Assembly (NCBI GenBank): GCA_027493095.1
Contig: JAPVXD010000198.1
Coordinates: 30,253-94,252, forward strand
DNA: 64,000 nucleotides
Direction: 5' to 3'
From: Candidatus Multivorans azotirespirans
Lineage (GTDB): Bacteria; Acidobacteriota; Thermoanaerobaculia; Multivoradales; Multivoraceae
The notes under the pieces were generated by a model. That model searched no databases. It saw only the letters and a program-made list of their open reading frames with translations, and was not told the DNA's origin. A program made the position numbers and the translations under genes. Below, piece by piece: positions 46,634 through 56,639 of this stretch (its first letter is position 1; the number at the start of each line of letters is the position of its first letter).

Positions 46634-47851
46634 GTGGGGTTCGTCTGGCACATAGCCGTCAGGTACTTCCGCTCCACCCGCGCGGACGCGCACATCCGGG
46701 CGCTGTCCACCCTGACGGCGGGCGGCCTGGCGGTGGGTACCGCGGCGCTGGTGCTGGCGCTGGCGGCCCTTGCCGGCTTCCAGAACCTCCTGCTGGAAGA
46801 CCTCGCGCGGCATACGCCGGCACTCCAGATCGAGCTCGGAGGTGGAAGCGTCCCCGGAAGTGGCCTCGAAGGTGGGGCAACGACGGAGCCGCTCCGGGGC
46901 CTGGCCGAACTGGCGGCTGCGACGGACGGCGTCGCCGGCGTCCAGGAGTTGCTCTACGCGCGAGGCTGGCTGGCCGATGACGACCGTCCGTTCGCGGTCG
47001 AGGTGCTGGGTTACGAGAAGACACCGCCGCCGTGGATTCCGGTCCAGGGGGAGGCGACCCCAGGACTGATCGTGCCCGTCTCCGTGGCGCTGCGGATGGG
47101 GCTGGCGGTGGGCGACATGGTGCGCGTCGTCTCGCCTCGCCCCGGGCTCACGCCGATCGGACCCCAGCCGCGGACGCGGATGCTGCCGGTCGATCTGATC
47201 TACAGGTCGGACCGGGCCGAGGACACGGACGATCCGGTGCTGGTGCCGCTCGACCAGGCCTCCGCCCTGTTCGCGCGCGGCGACAGGCGACTGGACCTGA
47301 CGCTTGCACCGGAGGCGGATCCGGAGCGGATCGGCGGCTTCCTGCGTCAGGGAATCGATCCTTCCGTGGCGACGGTCACCACCTGGAGGGAGGCCAACCG
47401 GGCTCTCCTCTTCGTGCTGCGCCTCGAGAAGGGTCTCGTGTTCTCGGCGGTGGCGTTGATCGTCGTGGTCGCCTCGTTCGCCCTGCTCGCGGCGCTGTCG
47501 ATGGTGCTTTCGAGCAAGCGCGCCGAGGTCGGCGTGCTGGCGGCAATGGGTGCGCCGCCGGCCCGGTTGCAACGGGTGTTCCTGCTGCTCGGCGCGCTGC
47601 TGTCGGTGGGCGGCGCCGGCTTCGGCGGCGCGGCCGGCGCGGGGCTCGCGGCGTTTCTCGACCGTTACCGCGTGATCTCCACGCCGTCGGACGTGTACGT
47701 CGTGGACTACGTGCCCTTCCTGGTCAGGGGGACGGACGTGTTCGTCGTGCTGGTCGTGACCGTCCTGTTCACCGCCGCGGCCGCGGTGATCGGGGCGCGC
47801 AAGGCGAGCCTTCTTCACCCGGTCGAGGCGATGCGGAGCGCGCGCACATGA
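46634..47851 (+). CDS. lolC: Lipoprotein-releasing system permease (LolC/LolE, FtsX family)
   Basis: IAVRYFRS N-terminus, a large periplasmic loop, and a C-terminal FtsX 3-TM block. Followed by lolD with an ATGA overlap. Confidence 0.8.
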   Translation: MGFVWHIAVRYFRSTRADAHIRALSTLTAGGLAVGTAALVLALAALAGFQNLLLEDLARHTPALQIELGGGSVPGSGLEGGATTEPLRGLAELAAATDGVAGVQELLYARGWLADDDRPFAVEVLGYEKTPPPWIPVQGEATPGLIVPVSVALRMGLAVGDMVRVVSPRPGLTPIGPQPRTRMLPVDLIYRSDRAEDTDDPVLVPLDQASALFARGDRRLDLTLAPEADPERIGGFLRQGIDPSVATVTTWREANRALLFVLRLEKGLVFSAVALIVVVASFALLAALSMVLSSKRAEVGVLAAMGAPPARLQRVFLLLGALLSVGGAGFGGAAGAGLAAFLDRYRVISTPSDVYVVDYVPFLVRGTDVFVVLVVTVLFTAAAAVIGARKASLLHPVEAMRSART

Positions 47852-48522
47852 TCGAGGCCGCCGGGGTCACCAAGGCCTACCAGGACGGCGCTGTCCGACG
47901 GCAGGTGCTGCGCGGCGTGGACCTGGAGGTCCCGCGCGGCGAGACGGCAGCCATCGTCGGTCCTTCCGGCTCGGGCAAGTCGACGCTGCTCAACATCCTG
48001 GGCGCGCTCGATACCCCGGACGCGGGTTCGGTTCGGGTCGACGGCGTCGACCTCACCGCGTCCAGGCCGTCGGCCCTGGCGGGCTTTCGCAACCGGTCCC
48101 TCGGTTTCGTCTTCCAGTTCCATCAACTGCTGCCGGACTTCACCGCGCTCGAGAACGTGATGATGCCGGGGCGGATCGCGGGCCGCCCGAGCTCGTCTCT
48201 CGGCGACCAGGCGCTCACGCTCCTGGACCAGGTCGGCCTCGCCGACCGCCCCGACGCCTTCCCGCAGCAGCTTTCCGGCGGCGAACGGCAGCGGATCGCG
48301 ATCTGCCGCGCCCTGGTGCTGGAACCGGCGGTGCTGCTGGCCGACGAACCGACCGGCAACCTGGATGCGCGGAGCGGCGAGCAGGTCCTCGAGCTCCTGG
48401 ACACGCTGAGGAGGCGCCGGGACACGACGATGGTGCTGGTGACGCACAACCCGGAAGTGGCGAAGCGCTGCGGCAGGATGCTTCGTCTCGACGGTGGCCG
48501 TCTGACGGCGCTGGGCGAATAA
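47848..48522 (+). CDS. lolD: Lipoprotein-releasing system ATP-binding protein LolD
   Basis: GPSGSGKSTLL, LSGGERQR, LLADEPTGNLD, VTHN. Confidence 0.85.
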   Translation: MIEAAGVTKAYQDGAVRRQVLRGVDLEVPRGETAAIVGPSGSGKSTLLNILGALDTPDAGSVRVDGVDLTASRPSALAGFRNRSLGFVFQFHQLLPDFTALENVMMPGRIAGRPSSSLGDQALTLLDQVGLADRPDAFPQQLSGGERQRIAICRALVLEPAVLLADEPTGNLDARSGEQVLELLDTLRRRRDTTMVLVTHNPEVAKRCGRMLRLDGGRLTALGE

Positions 48523-48532
48523 ACTCTAGGCC

Positions 48533-51001
48533 GTGTTCGAGAAGTACAACGAGAAGTCGCGCCGCGCACTCTTCTTCGCCCGCTACGAGGCGAGCAAACT
48601 GGGAAGTCGGGTCATCGAGTCGGAGCACATCCTGCTCGGCATCCTGCGCGAGGGAGAGGAGTCGATCATCGAGCTCTTCCAGCGCCTCCAGGTCAAGCCG
48701 GAGGATCTCCGCCGCGAGATAGAGGGCGAGCGAGTGTTCGTCGAGCGCATCTCGTCGACCGCCGAGCTGCCGTTGTCGGAGGAGTCGAAGAGGATACTGG
48801 CCCACGCCTCGCACGAGGCGGAGAGCATGGTTCATGCCGCGGTCGGCTCCGAGCATCTGTTGATCGGCATCATGCGGGTCGACGGCTGTCTGGCCCAGCG
48901 CGTTCTCGCGGAGCGCGGACTCGAGGTTGCGACGGTGCGCGAACAGGTCGCAACCATCGCTCGCGAGCGCGCCAGCAGGCGCGGCAAACAGGAGTTGCCC
49001 TTCCTGACGGAGTTCGGCCGCGACCTGACCGCGCTCGCGCAGCAGGACCAGTTCGACCCCCTGATCGGCCGCGAACAGGAAGTCGGTCGTATCGTCCAGA
49101 TCCTCGCGCGACGGACGAAGAACAACCCCATCCTGCTCGGGGAACCGGGGGTGGGCAAGACGGCCATCGTCGAGGGACTGGCGCAACGGGTGTCTCAAGG
49201 CCGCGTGCCGAAGTTCCTCGGGCGCAAGCGGATCGTCGCGCTCGACCTGTCCCTGATCGTGGCCGGCACGAAGTACAGGGGGCAGTTCGAAGAGCGCCTG
49301 AAGGGCATTCTCAAGGAGCTCGAGGAAGGCGAGGACGTGCTCGTCTTCATCGACGAGATCCACGCTCTGGTCGGAGCCGGTTCGGCCGAGGGTTCCCTCG
49401 ACGCCGCGAACATCCTGAAGCCCGCCCTGTCGCGGGGCGACATCGCGTGCATCGGCGCCACGACCCTGCGCGAGTACCGCCGGCACATCGAGAAGGACCG
49501 CTCCCTGCTGCGGCGGTTCCAGGCGGTACAGATCAAGCCGCCCTCCGCGGACGAGACCTACGACATCCTGGTCGGCCTGAAGGAGCGTTACCAGGGTTTC
49601 CACAACGTCGCCTACGACGACGCCGCGCTGCGCGCCGCGATCGCCGGTTCCAACCGCTACATCCCCGACCGTCATCAGCCCGACAAGTCGATCGACGTGA
49701 TCGACGAAGCCGGCGCCCGGGTCAAGCTGCGCCGGGTACGGGATACCAGGCAGGCGCGGCGGATCGAGCAGGAGATCCGGGAAGTGGTGGCCGAGATGAA
49801 GGCGGCGATCTCGGACAAGGACTTCGACCGCGCCGTCCGCTTCCGAGAGCGCGAGATCGAACTCCGGGAAGATCTCGAGAGCATCGAGCAGTTGCATGAC
49901 CAGGACGTTGAGGATCAGGTCGTGACCGCTCAGGACGTGGAGGAGGTGATCGCCTCCTGGACAGGGGTGCCGGTGGCTGCCGTGCGTGGCGACGAGGCGA
50001 AGCGGCTGATGAAGATGGAGGACGTTCTGCGTCGCCGGATCGTCGGCCAGGATCGGGCGATCCGGTCGATCAGCCGCGCCATCCGCCGGTCGCGGCTCGG
50101 CGTTTCCGATCCCCGTCGTCCGGTCGGTTCGTTCGTCTTCCTGGGCCCGAGCGGTGTCGGCAAGACGGAGGTCGCCCGGCGCCTCGCCGAGTTCCTGTTC
50201 GGCAGCCAGACCGCTCTCATGCGTTTCGACATGAGCGAGTACATGGAGAAGTACTCGGCCTCCAAGCTGATCGGTTCGCCGCCGGGCTACGTCGGCTACG
50301 AGGAGGGCGGCCAGTTGACGGAGCGGGTTCGGCGCCAGCCTTACTCCCTGATCCTCTTCGACGAGATTGAGAAGGCGCACCCGGACATCATGAACCTGTT
50401 GCTTCAGATCCTGGAGGAAGGCAGTCTGACCGACGCCTACGGCAACTACGTCGATTTCCGGCACGCCCTGGTGCTGCTGACGTCCAACCTGGGCAGCAAG
50501 CTGGTGCTCAAGGGTGGACGCGTGGGCTTTGGCGGGGCGTCTTCGGCAGGAGACTCTTCCCCAGAGGGGGACTTCGGGCGCGTCAGGGAAGAGATCGAAG
50601 CGGAGTTGCGCCGCAGCTTCAGCCCCGAATTCATCAACCGCATCGACGAGACGATCGTGTTCAATCCGCTGGGCCGGGAGGAGCTGCGCGCGATCACGTG
50701 CCTCCTGCTTTCCGACGTGAACGAGACGCTTGCCGAGCGCGGTCTGACCGTCGAGGTGACCAGTGAAGCGCGGGAATGGCTGCTGGAGCAGGCAGGCATC
50801 GATCCGTCGACCGGGGCCCGTCCGTTGCGGCGCACGATCCAGCGTTACGTCCAGGATGCGGTGTCGGACCTGCTGATCCAGCGAACCGGCGATTCCGTCG
50901 AACGCATCCGTGTGGATCTCGCGCGGGACGAACTGGTCCTGGAGGTCGTTCAAGACGCCGCCCCGACCGTTGAGGAGGAACCTGCTCTTGCGGAATCCTG
51001 A
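48533..51001 (+). CDS. clpC: ATP-dependent Clp protease ATP-binding subunit ClpC-like (class I Clp/Hsp100)
   Basis: Clp_N repeats, two AAA+ modules ([18 protein letters not shown]), and a UVR-like linker ([17 protein letters not shown]). Confidence 0.9.
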   Translation: MFEKYNEKSRRALFFARYEASKLGSRVIESEHILLGILREGEESIIELFQRLQVKPEDLRREIEGERVFVERISSTAELPLSEESKRILAHASHEAESMVHAAVGSEHLLIGIMRVDGCLAQRVLAERGLEVATVREQVATIARERASRRGKQELPFLTEFGRDLTALAQQDQFDPLIGREQEVGRIVQILARRTKNNPILLGEPGVGKTAIVEGLAQRVSQGRVPKFLGRKRIVALDLSLIVAGTKYRGQFEERLKGILKELEEGEDVLVFIDEIHALVGAGSAEGSLDAANILKPALSRGDIACIGATTLREYRRHIEKDRSLLRRFQAVQIKPPSADETYDILVGLKERYQGFHNVAYDDAALRAAIAGSNRYIPDRHQPDKSIDVIDEAGARVKLRRVRDTRQARRIEQEIREVVAEMKAAISDKDFDRAVRFREREIELREDLESIEQLHDQDVEDQVVTAQDVEEVIASWTGVPVAAVRGDEAKRLMKMEDVLRRRIVGQDRAIRSISRAIRRSRLGVSDPRRPVGSFVFLGPSGVGKTEVARRLAEFLFGSQTALMRFDMSEYMEKYSASKLIGSPPGYVGYEEGGQLTERVRRQPYSLILFDEIEKAHPDIMNLLLQILEEGSLTDAYGNYVDFRHALVLLTSNLGSKLVLKGGRVGFGGASSAGDSSPEGDFGRVREEIEAELRRSFSPEFINRIDETIVFNPLGREELRAITCLLLSDVNETLAERGLTVEVTSEAREWLLEQAGIDPSTGARPLRRTIQRYVQDAVSDLLIQRTGDSVERIRVDLARDELVLEVVQDAAPTVEEEPALAES

Positions 51002-53723
51002 TCGAAAGGTTTTGCGACGGCTGGCATGGCCGGGGGCGCTGGTCGCCGCCTTCCTGCTGGCCGTGCCGGCCGCCGGCCAGTTGTTGGTCGGCCAGCCGAT
51101 CGTGTCGGTGGAGTACGCCGGCGTCGAGACGCTGAGCGAAGACAGCCTGAGCTACTACCTGGATATCGAAACCGGGAAGCCCTGGGATCCCGGCCGCGTG
51201 AACGACCGGATCAAGGATCTCTGGGAGCGCAAGCTGATCGATGACATCTCGATCGCGGCCGAGGCGCAGGGCGAAGGCGTGCTGGTCCGGGTGACGGTCG
51301 TGGAAAGGCCGCTCCTGGTCTCGCTCGAGTACGACGGTCTGAAGAAGGTGAAACGGAGCGACATCGGCGACATGACGGACCGGGAGCGGATCTCGGTCTT
51401 CGAGGGCCTGCCGCTGGACCTGGGCGAACTGGCGCGCCTCGAAGAGGCGATCAAGAAGCTCTACGAGGAGCGCGGCTTCCGGTTCGCGGGTATCCACGTC
51501 GAGATCCAGGACGCGGGTCTGGGCGAGAAGCGGGTGCTGATCACCGTCGACGAGGGCGGGAGGGTCAAGATCGGCCAGGTCGATTTCGAGGGCAACGAGG
51601 TGTTCTCCGCCGGCCGCCTGCGCCGCCAGATGGAGAAGACGAAGAAGTCGAACCTCCTGACCCGGATCCGCAAGCGCGACGTGTTCAACTCGGCGACGGT
51701 CCAGGAGGACCTCGACAAGGTCAAGGGCCTGTACCGCCAGTTCGGCTACAAGGACGTCGAGGTCGGCGAGCCCGAGCTCGACGTGATCGAGCGGAAGCCG
51801 AACGCCGATCGCATCGAGGACCGCAAACGGCAGCTCGCCCTGGTGATTCCGATCGAGGAGGGCCCGCGCTGGAAGCTGGGCGAGGTCCAGGTCGAGGGGG
51901 CCGAGGTTCTGCCCGAGGGTCTGCTGGTCGCGATGTTCAAGGATCCAAAAGGGGGCTGGCTGCGCTCGGACGTCATCGACGAGGGTGTCGAGCAGGTCGG
52001 GGAGCTGTATCGGAACAGCGGTTACATCTTCGCCGACGTGAAGATGGAGGTCATCGAGCGCGATGACCTGATTGCCGACATCCTGGTGACGGTCGAGGAG
52101 AACGACCAGTTCCGGATCGGGCGGATGGAGTTCACCGGCAACGACCGGACGCGTGACCGGGTGCTCCGCCGCCAGATGCTGCTCAAGGAAGGCGACGTCT
52201 TTAACTCGGGCATGCTGCGCACCAGCCTGTTGCGGCTCAGCCAGCTCGAGTACTACGTGGTCAACGAGGACGATCCGGTCGAGGTCGACTACGACACGGA
52301 CGACAAGCAGGTCGACATCACCGTCAAGGGCACGGAGACCGGCCAGACCGAGGTCCAGTTCGGCGGCGGCTACAGCGAGCTCGACGGCTTCTTCGTCCAG
52401 TCGGCGTTGCGCACCCGCAACTTCCTGGGCCGCGGCGAGACCGTCGGCGTGTCGATCCAGACGGGCCGCTACCGCGACATCTTCGATGTCTCGTACTACA
52501 TGCCCTGGGTCAAGGACCGTCCCCAGAACTTCGGGATTCAGCTCTTCAACCGGGACACGGACTTCGACCTCCTGATCGACCAGCGCTACCGAAGCAAGGA
52601 GGCCGGCGGCGTCCTGAGCTACGGCCGCTCGTTCCGTCGCTGGGAACTCGTGCAGTTGGCCTACAGCAACATGGACATCGAGAGCTACCAGTCGCAGACG
52701 TTCTACTTCTTCGACAACCCGGAACAGAGCGACGACCCGATGAGCGACACGTTCGAGCAGGCGTTCGAGTTCAACCGCCGCTCGGTCACGGCCACCTACC
52801 AGTTCGACAGTCACAACAGCCGTCTCGAGCCGACCCAGGGCAAGCGCCTGGTCGCATCCCTCGAGTACGCCGGCGGCCCCCTTGGCGGCGAGTCCTTCTT
52901 CATCCGCCCGTCGCTGAACGCGGCGATCACCGTGCCGCTGACGAACCGCGGGCTGCGGACGGTGGGGCGGGCGAACATCCAGCTCGGCTACATCCAGCCG
53001 TTCGGGGAAGACGGCGCGGGCAACGTGCGCGAGTTGTTCTTCCTCGACCGCTACCTGCTGGGCGGCGAGAACAGCCTCCGCGGCTTCGCGTTCCGTTCCA
53101 TCTGGGTGCGTGATCCGGAAACCGGCCGCACTCTTCTCGACCGGAACGGCTTCCCCCAGGGCGGCAACAAGAGCGTGGTGATCAACCTCGAGCACCACAC
53201 CCTGGTCAACGGTCCTTTCCGCGTCGTGACCTTCTTCGACGCCGGCAATGTCTACGGCGACGACCAGGACGTCGACTTCAACCACATGCGCATGTCGGCC
53301 GGAATCGAGCTTCGGGTCAACGTGCCCATCCTTGGAGCTCCGCTCCGCTTCATCTACGCTACGAACCTGAATCCGCTGGACAACCTCGGAGGCGTCGACC
53401 GGGAGCGGTTCAACGATGGTCGGCTGACCTTTGCCGAGGACCGTCTGGCCGAAATGGAGAAGCAGCTCGAGGACATGACGATCGACCTGCGGCGCGCCCA
53501 GGACGACGCGAACCGCGAAATGCAGAAGGTGCAGGGCGAGAGGTTCGGCGAGATCGAACAGGCGGTACTGCCGATCATCTCCCAGGTCGGCCGGGAGTTC
53601 GGCTACACGGCGATCTTCAACAAGTTCCAGGGGGGCCTGCTGTTCGCCGCCGACGCTGCGGACATCACGAACCTGATCATCGAGCGCTACAACGCCGCGT
53701 ACCCGGCCACTCCCGCGGAGTAG
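50988..53723 (+). CDS. bamA: Outer membrane protein assembly factor BamA with a C-terminal Skp/OmpH-like extension
   Basis: GAGGAGG RBS lies 9 nt upstream of the TTG at 50988. POTRA repeats and an Omp85 barrel ending ...ERFNDGRLTF (about 53432). A further 96 aa follow that resemble the C-terminal half of Skp. Confidence 0.85.
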   Translation: MRNPDRKVLRRLAWPGALVAAFLLAVPAAGQLLVGQPIVSVEYAGVETLSEDSLSYYLDIETGKPWDPGRVNDRIKDLWERKLIDDISIAAEAQGEGVLVRVTVVERPLLVSLEYDGLKKVKRSDIGDMTDRERISVFEGLPLDLGELARLEEAIKKLYEERGFRFAGIHVEIQDAGLGEKRVLITVDEGGRVKIGQVDFEGNEVFSAGRLRRQMEKTKKSNLLTRIRKRDVFNSATVQEDLDKVKGLYRQFGYKDVEVGEPELDVIERKPNADRIEDRKRQLALVIPIEEGPRWKLGEVQVEGAEVLPEGLLVAMFKDPKGGWLRSDVIDEGVEQVGELYRNSGYIFADVKMEVIERDDLIADILVTVEENDQFRIGRMEFTGNDRTRDRVLRRQMLLKEGDVFNSGMLRTSLLRLSQLEYYVVNEDDPVEVDYDTDDKQVDITVKGTETGQTEVQFGGGYSELDGFFVQSALRTRNFLGRGETVGVSIQTGRYRDIFDVSYYMPWVKDRPQNFGIQLFNRDTDFDLLIDQRYRSKEAGGVLSYGRSFRRWELVQLAYSNMDIESYQSQTFYFFDNPEQSDDPMSDTFEQAFEFNRRSVTATYQFDSHNSRLEPTQGKRLVASLEYAGGPLGGESFFIRPSLNAAITVPLTNRGLRTVGRANIQLGYIQPFGEDGAGNVRELFFLDRYLLGGENSLRGFAFRSIWVRDPETGRTLLDRNGFPQGGNKSVVINLEHHTLVNGPFRVVTFFDAGNVYGDDQDVDFNHMRMSAGIELRVNVPILGAPLRFIYATNLNPLDNLGGVDRERFNDGRLTFAEDRLAEMEKQLEDMTIDLRRAQDDANREMQKVQGERFGEIEQAVLPIISQVGREFGYTAIFNKFQGGLLFAADAADITNLIIERYNAAYPATPAE

Positions 53724-53774
53724 CCCGCGAGTAGCGCGGCGACTGGGTGCGCCGGCGTCCCCGCCGGCATGTAA

Positions 53775-53796
53775 CCGCGGGTCTTCTGACCCGCGG
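53775..53796. terminator. Perfect 9-bp hairpin between convergent bamA and the beta-propeller gene (candidate bidirectional terminator)
   Basis: ccgcgggtc-ttct-gacccgcgg, read directly. There is no clear U-tract. Confidence 0.4.
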
Positions 53797-53833
53797 ACAA
53801 CACGCGCCGCGGAGCGGCGACCGCTTTGCCGCG

Positions 53834-55219
53834 CTACTCGCTGCTGCGGATGCTGTAAAGCTTCGACCGGGTGCGAATCAGCAGCCGGTCGCCAGCGACC
53901 GCCGGCGACGCCATCGCCATCTCGTCGAGGCTGTTGGTGTGGAGCACTTCGTACTCCGAGCCGGCGCGGATCACATAGGTGTCGCCCTGCTCGCTCAGCG
54001 CGAACACGCGGTCGTTGTAGGCCCAGGGAGATGAGGTGAAGCTGGCGCCGCCGCGGGGCGCCACGCGCTTCCGGCCGTACACCGGTTCGCCGGTCAGCGC
54101 GTCGTACGCCTCGAAGAAGCCGCGGTCCAGCAGGCTGTAGTAGACGCCCTTGTAGACCAGCGGCGACGTGTTGTAGTTGCCTGCCTTGGGCTGGTGCCAG
54201 GCGACGAACTCGCTCTCCGTCGCGTCACCTTCCAGGGTGATGTCGCCCAGCGCCCCCGGACGGATGGCGAAGACCGGCCGACGCTGATCCTGGAAGTAGC
54301 CGGAGTTGACGTAGATCATGTTGTGAGCCGCGAACGGCGTCGCAATGGCCGCCCAGGACATGCGGCCGTCCATCTCCCACAGCAGTTGGCCGTCCAGGCC
54401 GTACGAGCGGATCCGGTTCTTGCCGCTGGTGACGATCTCGGTGCGGGCTTCGTTGGACCATACGAAGGGCGTTGCCCAGCTCGACACCTCTTCCCGACTC
54501 GTGCGCCAGCGCTGTTCGCCGGTGTGCTTGTCGAGCGCGGCGATCCAGGACTCTTCCTCGTTGTCGTAGAGGATGATCAGCAGGTCGTCGTGCAGCACGG
54601 GCGAGGAGGCGGAGCCGTAGTCCCACATGGTCGGGCGGTAGGGCGTGTCGAAGCTCCACACGGACTCGCCTTCCATCGTGAAGGCGTAGACGCCGAGGTC
54701 GCCAAAGCGCGCATAGACACGTTCGCCGTCGGTCGTCGGCGTCTCCGAGGCGTAGGTCTGCTTCTGGTGGCGCGGGAACTCGGGTATGCCGGCCTTGACC
54801 GAGCGCTCCCACAGCACCTCGCCCGTGGCCAGGTCCAGGCAGTACACGAGCCAGTCGTGCTGCGCCTGCGGCGGTTCACTGCGCCCGCGGGCGGCGTAGA
54901 GACCGGCCTGTGGACGCTCGAACTCGCCTTCGGAAACCGCGGTCGTCAGGTACACCCGATTGCCCCATACGATCGGGCTGGACCAGCCGAGCCCGGGGAT
55001 CTCGACGACCCACTCGACATTCTCGGTCTGGCTCCAGCGATCCGGCAGGGCGGGGTTGTCGGCGACGGCCGGGTTCATGCCCGGGCCGCGGAACTGGGGC
55101 CAGTTGTCGGACGCGGCTGCCCCGCCGGCGCAGAGCGCGGCGCAAGCGAGGGCGGCGAGGATGACGGCGAGATTGGGCCTGGAGTGGTGGCGGTGCAGGT
55201 GCGATGTCGCGTTGCTCAT
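53834..55219 (-). CDS. Secreted PQQ-like beta-propeller repeat protein
   Basis: Signal peptide, then NWPQFRGPGMN. Repeated propeller blades. Paralogous in style to 26000-27421. Confidence 0.8.
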   Translation of the reverse strand: MSNATSHLHRHHSRPNLAVILAALACAALCAGGAAASDNWPQFRGPGMNPAVADNPALPDRWSQTENVEWVVEIPGLGWSSPIVWGNRVYLTTAVSEGEFERPQAGLYAARGRSEPPQAQHDWLVYCLDLATGEVLWERSVKAGIPEFPRHQKQTYASETPTTDGERVYARFGDLGVYAFTMEGESVWSFDTPYRPTMWDYGSASSPVLHDDLLIILYDNEEESWIAALDKHTGEQRWRTSREEVSSWATPFVWSNEARTEIVTSGKNRIRSYGLDGQLLWEMDGRMSWAAIATPFAAHNMIYVNSGYFQDQRRPVFAIRPGALGDITLEGDATESEFVAWHQPKAGNYNTSPLVYKGVYYSLLDRGFFEAYDALTGEPVYGRKRVAPRGGASFTSSPWAYNDRVFALSEQGDTYVIRAGSEYEVLHTNSLDEMAMASPAVAGDRLLIRTRSKLYSIRSSE

Positions 55220-55295
55220 CGAGATCGGATCTCCCGGTCACTGGAAGGGGTCAGAGGTTGGGGTCGTGCGGCATGGTATCCGGTAGGCTCGCTCC

Positions 55296-56132
55296 GTGAC
55301 CCACCGCCTCGCCGATCTTGCCGCGATGGTTGGAGCTGACCTCGAGGGCGATCCGGATCGGCCGATCGACGGCATCGCCCGGGTCGACCCCGCCGCCCGC
55401 GTCGACGCTTTCGCGGTGGTCGGCGAGGGCTCGACGCTCGGCCCGGGCGTGGTCATCGGCGCCCACTCGGTGGTGGGCCGGGGCTGCCGCCTGGGCGCAG
55501 GCACCGTGCTCCATCCCCATGTCGTGGTCTACGACGGTGCCCGCGTCGGCGAGCGGGTGGTCGTTCACTCCGGTGTCGTTCTGGGCGCCGACGGTTTCGG
55601 GTTCGCGGAGGGCGCGGAAGGAGCGGCCCAGGTCAAGCTGCCTCAGGTCGGCGTCGTCGTGATCGAGGACGACGTGGAGATCGGCGCCAACTCCGCGGTG
55701 GACCGGGCCACCTTCGACACCACCACGATCGGTCGCGGAACGAAGATCGACAACCTGGTGCAGATCGGCCACAACGCGCAGATCGGCCAGGGATGCATCC
55801 TCTGCGGTCAGGCCGGCGTGTCCGGCAGCAGCCGCATCGGTGATCGGGTGCTTCTGGCGGGGCAGGTAGGCGTCGCCGGTCACTTCAGGATCGGCGACGG
55901 CGTGCAGGTGGCGGCCAAGTCGGCGGTGTTCCAGGAGGTCGAGGAGGACCAGCGTGTCGCGGGCATTCCCGCCGTACCAATCGCGGCCTGGCGCCGGCGT
56001 AACGCGCTACAGTCGCGCCTGCCGGCGATGCGCAGCGCGCTCAGGGCGCTCGAGCGACGTGTGGGGGAACTCGAATCGGCGGGTCGCGATGGCCGCAACG
56101 ATTCGGCGGCGGACGGGGGAGACGAGACGTGA
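55296..56132 (+). CDS. lpxD: UDP-3-O-acylglucosamine N-acyltransferase LpxD, unusually short (278 aa)
   Basis: LADLAAMVGADLEGD N-terminus, left-handed beta-helix hexapeptide repeats, GADGFGF, IGHNAQIG, and a C-terminal helix. An in-frame stop upstream of 55296 precludes a longer N-terminus. Confidence 0.8.
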   Translation: MTHRLADLAAMVGADLEGDPDRPIDGIARVDPAARVDAFAVVGEGSTLGPGVVIGAHSVVGRGCRLGAGTVLHPHVVVYDGARVGERVVVHSGVVLGADGFGFAEGAEGAAQVKLPQVGVVVIEDDVEIGANSAVDRATFDTTTIGRGTKIDNLVQIGHNAQIGQGCILCGQAGVSGSSRIGDRVLLAGQVGVAGHFRIGDGVQVAAKSAVFQEVEEDQRVAGIPAVPIAAWRRRNALQSRLPAMRSALRALERRVGELESAGRDGRNDSAADGGDET

Positions 56133-56614
56133 GCAAGGAACGGGAGGAGATCGACGGCGCCGCCGTGAGTGCGCCGCTCGGACCGTTCGACTCGCGCTGG
56201 ATCGCGAGCGTACTGCCGCACCGCTACCCGATCCTCCTGGTCGACCGGGTGCTGGAGCTGGTGCCGGGGAAGCGGGTGGTGGCGATCAAGAACGTGACCC
56301 GGAACGAGCCGTTCTTCGACGGCCACTTCCCGGGGAATCCGATCATGCCCGGAGTCCTGGTGATCGAGGCGATGGCGCAGACGGCGGGCCTGCTGCTGCT
56401 GCACGAGATCGAGGACCGGGACCGCCGGGTTCTCTTCTTTTCCGGGATCGAGCGGGCCCGCTTCCGCCGTCCCGTCGTTCCCGGCGATCAACTGCGGATG
56501 GAAGTGGAGTCGCTTCGCCTGCGCACCGTCCACTCCCGCTTCCGGGGCCGGGCCACGGTCGACGGGGAGCTGGCGGTGGAGGCGGTCTGCACCTCCACGA
56601 TGGTGGCGCCCTGA
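56129..56614 (+). CDS. fabZ: 3-hydroxyacyl-ACP dehydratase FabZ
   Basis: LPHRYPILLVDRV, FFDGHFPGNPIMPGVLVIEAMAQ. Confidence 0.9.
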   Translation: MSKEREEIDGAAVSAPLGPFDSRWIASVLPHRYPILLVDRVLELVPGKRVVAIKNVTRNEPFFDGHFPGNPIMPGVLVIEAMAQTAGLLLLHEIEDRDRRVLFFSGIERARFRRPVVPGDQLRMEVESLRLRTVHSRFRGRATVDGELAVEAVCTSTMVAP

Positions 56615-56639
56615 AGGACCGCGGACCGCGGCGCGGCTC

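Noticed and set aside
45995-47818. Upstream 600 codons of the 898-aa minus-strand ORF
   Set aside because: Antisense to hpt and lolC/E, both well supported. Only the 3' 873 nt or so encode a recognisable purine nucleoside phosphorylase.
48215-53285. 912-aa and 863-aa minus-strand ORFs
   Set aside because: Antisense to clpC and bamA respectively, with no motifs. This is a high-GC artefact.
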